The notes beneath the pieces were generated by a model. It ran no database searches. It worked only from the letters and a program-made list of their open reading frames with translations, and was not told where the DNA came from. The position numbers and the translations under genes were made by a program. A stretch of 64,000 nucleotides of DNA from the human T2T-CHM13v2.0 reference genome, Homo sapiens: assembly GCF_009914755.1 (NCBI RefSeq), contig NC_060943.1, one strand, 5' to 3'. Below, in pieces: positions 57,769 through 64,000 of this stretch. How positions within the stretch are numbered: position 1 is the first letter of the stretch; each line of letters opens with the position of its first letter.

Positions 57769-58111
<343 letters not shown>

Positions 58112-59307
58112 TCAAAGCTGTAGTAAGCTATGATTGTGCCACTGCAATGCAGAATGGGCAACAGAGCGAGACTCCATCTCTTAATTAAGTAAATCAAGCC
58201 AAATCCAAGCCAGATGCTTTTTACTGGCCCCTCCTGTTTCCTTCTTTGTGCTGTCACACAGGTGATGGTGACTCTGGCTTCACAGGGATCTAGGTTCAGA
58301 TCTTGGGTCTCCTACTGTGACCTCACCTTGGCATGTCTTCGTTTCCCTCCTCCCTCTTGGATCCAAGAGAGATCTGGCGAGGATGAAGAGCAGTCACATC
58401 CCACAAGACCCTACAGGATAGATGACCGGCACCTCTCCCTTGCTTCTCAAGAGAAACATGCACAACCCACTACAAAGAAAAGGGAGCACAGGCCAGGCAC
58501 TGTGGCTCACGCCTGTAATTCCAGCACTTTGGGAGGCCATGGCGGGCAGATCATGAGGTCAGGAGTTCGAGACCAGCATGGCCAACATGGTGAAACCCCG
58601 TCTCTACTAAAAAAACAAAAATTAGCCAGGCGTGGTGACGCACGCCTGTAATCCCAGATGCTCAGGAGGTGGAGGTTGCAGTGAGCTGAGGTTGCACCAC
58701 TGCACTTCAGCCTGGGCAGCAAGAGTGAAACTCTGTCTCAAAACAAAAAACCCCACAAAACAAAAACCTAGCCAGGAGTGCAATGGTAGGCATTCCACTT
58801 GGATTCTTTGCAACAGTGTGTATTGAATTATCCAGCTTTTCTCCCCCATATACTGAAGCGTTAACTTTCAGTTCTACCTCCTTCTCGGTGTAGTTTTGGA
58901 CTTTCTTTTCAGTTCCATTGATCTCTCTGGACATGAATACCCTGATGTACCCAACTGTTTAAAATATACTCGTTTGATAGTGGATTTTAGCTCTTCCCTA
59001 TTGCTCTTGTTTTTAAGATGTTATTTCTTTTTTTTCTTGTGAGACAAGGCCTCGCTCTGTTGCCCGGGCTGGAGTGCAGTGGGGTGATTACAGCTTGCTG
59101 CAACCTCGAACTCCCAGGCTCAGGTGATCCTCCCATCTCAGCCTCCCAGGTAGCTGGGACTATACACGTGTGCTACCACGCCTCGCTAATTTTTGTATAT
59201 TTTTGTAGAGATGGGGTTTTGCCATGTTACCCAGGCTGGTCTGGAACTCTTGGGCTCAAGCGTTCCACCCGCCTCGGCCTCCCAAAGTGTTGGAATTACA
59301 GGCGTGA

Positions 59308-59640
<333 letters not shown>

Positions 59641-59961
59641 TGAGCCACCGCTCCCGGCCGAGATTTTTTTCTCACCTATCTTTGAATCTCAGCTTGTAGA
59701 TTTCATCTGCCCCAAAGCTTTTTTCTGTCCCTGCGCACACAGGCTGGATGTGAGCTCTCCTTCCTCCAAATACTTAATGTTGCTCTTCGCAGCTGCCATG
59801 TGCATTCGCACCCTCTGTGTTGTTTCTGAGTAACATGTTATGACAGCTGTGAGTGCCTCGTGGGACAGGATCCATCTCTATACTTGAATCTTGCCCATCC
59901 CCGTGCCAGGTCCACTTGGCTCACCTAGCTTTGCCCCTGACCTGACTGCCTCTCCCCACAG

Positions 59962-60122
59962 GCTACATTGGCGTGGTGAACCGCAGCCAGAAGGATATTG
60001 AGGGCAAGAAGGACATCCGTGCAGCACTGGCAGCTGAGAGGAAGTTCTTCCTCTCCCACCCGGCCTACCGGCACATGGCCGACCGCATGGGCACGCCACA
60101 TCTGCAGAAGACGCTGAATCAG
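59962..60122 (+). CDS. DNM2: Dynamin-2 exon 6 (161 nt; (G)[18 protein letters not shown]...LQKTLNQ; G5 NRS)
   Basis: tctccccacag| acceptor, CAG|gtactg donor; overlaps ORF 59973..60212. Confidence 0.98.
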
Positions 60123-60249
60123 GTACTGCAAGGGTTTGCACGTAGTGTGCAGTGGCATAGGCTGTGCACTGCACAACAGCTGCAATCCTCACTGGCACTT
60201 GTTTCAGGCTAGAGCAGCACTTGTTTTAGCAAAATGGGTTCAGTCCACA

Positions 60250-63103
<2,854 letters not shown>

Positions 63104-63546
63104 CACATTTGTCTATTTTGAATCTTCCTTGCTTTTCTCTGTAGATGCAGATGCAGCCGGGGAGCTCATCTTGAGTGCATTCTCCACCTTTTCAGGGGCG
63201 ATCTTTCCATCTTAGTTTGTAGGGCCTGTCCCCATGTGTGTTCATTGGCCCCCGTTTCCGTGGTCTGGATGGACTGTCCTTGCAAGCTGTTGCTTGTCCT
63301 CCAAGGCGTGGATAGGCCCAGTGCCTGATGTCGGCCCCGTGGGCTGTTTGTAGCCTCTTACACTCATGGGCAGCTCCGTGCCGTCTCCGTTCCCAGACAT
63401 GAGTGTGTCTGTGGCTTGATTTATCTGTTGCTGTCTCTCAAGGCTGTGTGGTGTGGTGGCCGCATAGTGGCACCCTGGTGTTGGCCCTTGGTTGGGGGGA
63501 GTGTGTCTGCCACTCCCTGGTATCCTGCCCATGCCACCCTTTCTGA

Positions 63547-63777
<231 letters not shown>

Positions 63778-64000
63778 TAGGCTGGGCACCACTCATCACT
63801 CGTCCACTCATTGATTCAGCAGACACTTGCTGCAAGCCTTCTGCGTGCCAGGCTCCATCCTAAGCATGGCATTCGCCCCAGTGGAGGGGACAGGTGTCCG
63901 TCCCTGCCCCTGGAGTGCTCAGAATGGGGGGAAGTGGGACAAATGGGACAAAAAACAAGAAAGAAAATGTATAGTGTGTTAAATGTCAAAATATGAAAGT

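Overview
Human (primate) genomic DNA, very Alu-dense and GC-rich, lying wholly inside the dynamin-2 gene (DNM2, chr19p13.2) on the + strand. Exon 1 (start codon and G1 P-loop) is upstream of the window. Positions 1-36702 are intron 1, followed by coding exons 2-7 (36703-36776, 49463-49612, 52686-52889, 54101-54199, 59962-60122, 63568-63710). These splice GT-AG in frame and encode about aa 54-331: the GTPase motifs G2-G5, the C-terminal BSE helix and the start of the stalk. The MIR4748 hairpin lies in intron 5. The rest is mostly Alu (including nested and collapsed copies), old L1, L2 and MIR fragments, two antisense solo LTRs (LTR10-like and THE1A-like) and a 696-nt purine-free tract upstream of exon 2. 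Apart from exon-overlapping ones, the supplied ORFs appear to be repeat-derived or chance ORFs. I see no evidence of a wholly new biological system. The best leads are at the RNA and regulatory level: stop-free in-frame circularisable exon blocks bracketed by inverted Alus, candidate poison exons, an in-frame alternative donor, twin branch points that coincide with DR1 elements, and motif-dense intronic elements. Repeat boundaries and subfamily names are by eye and approximate.
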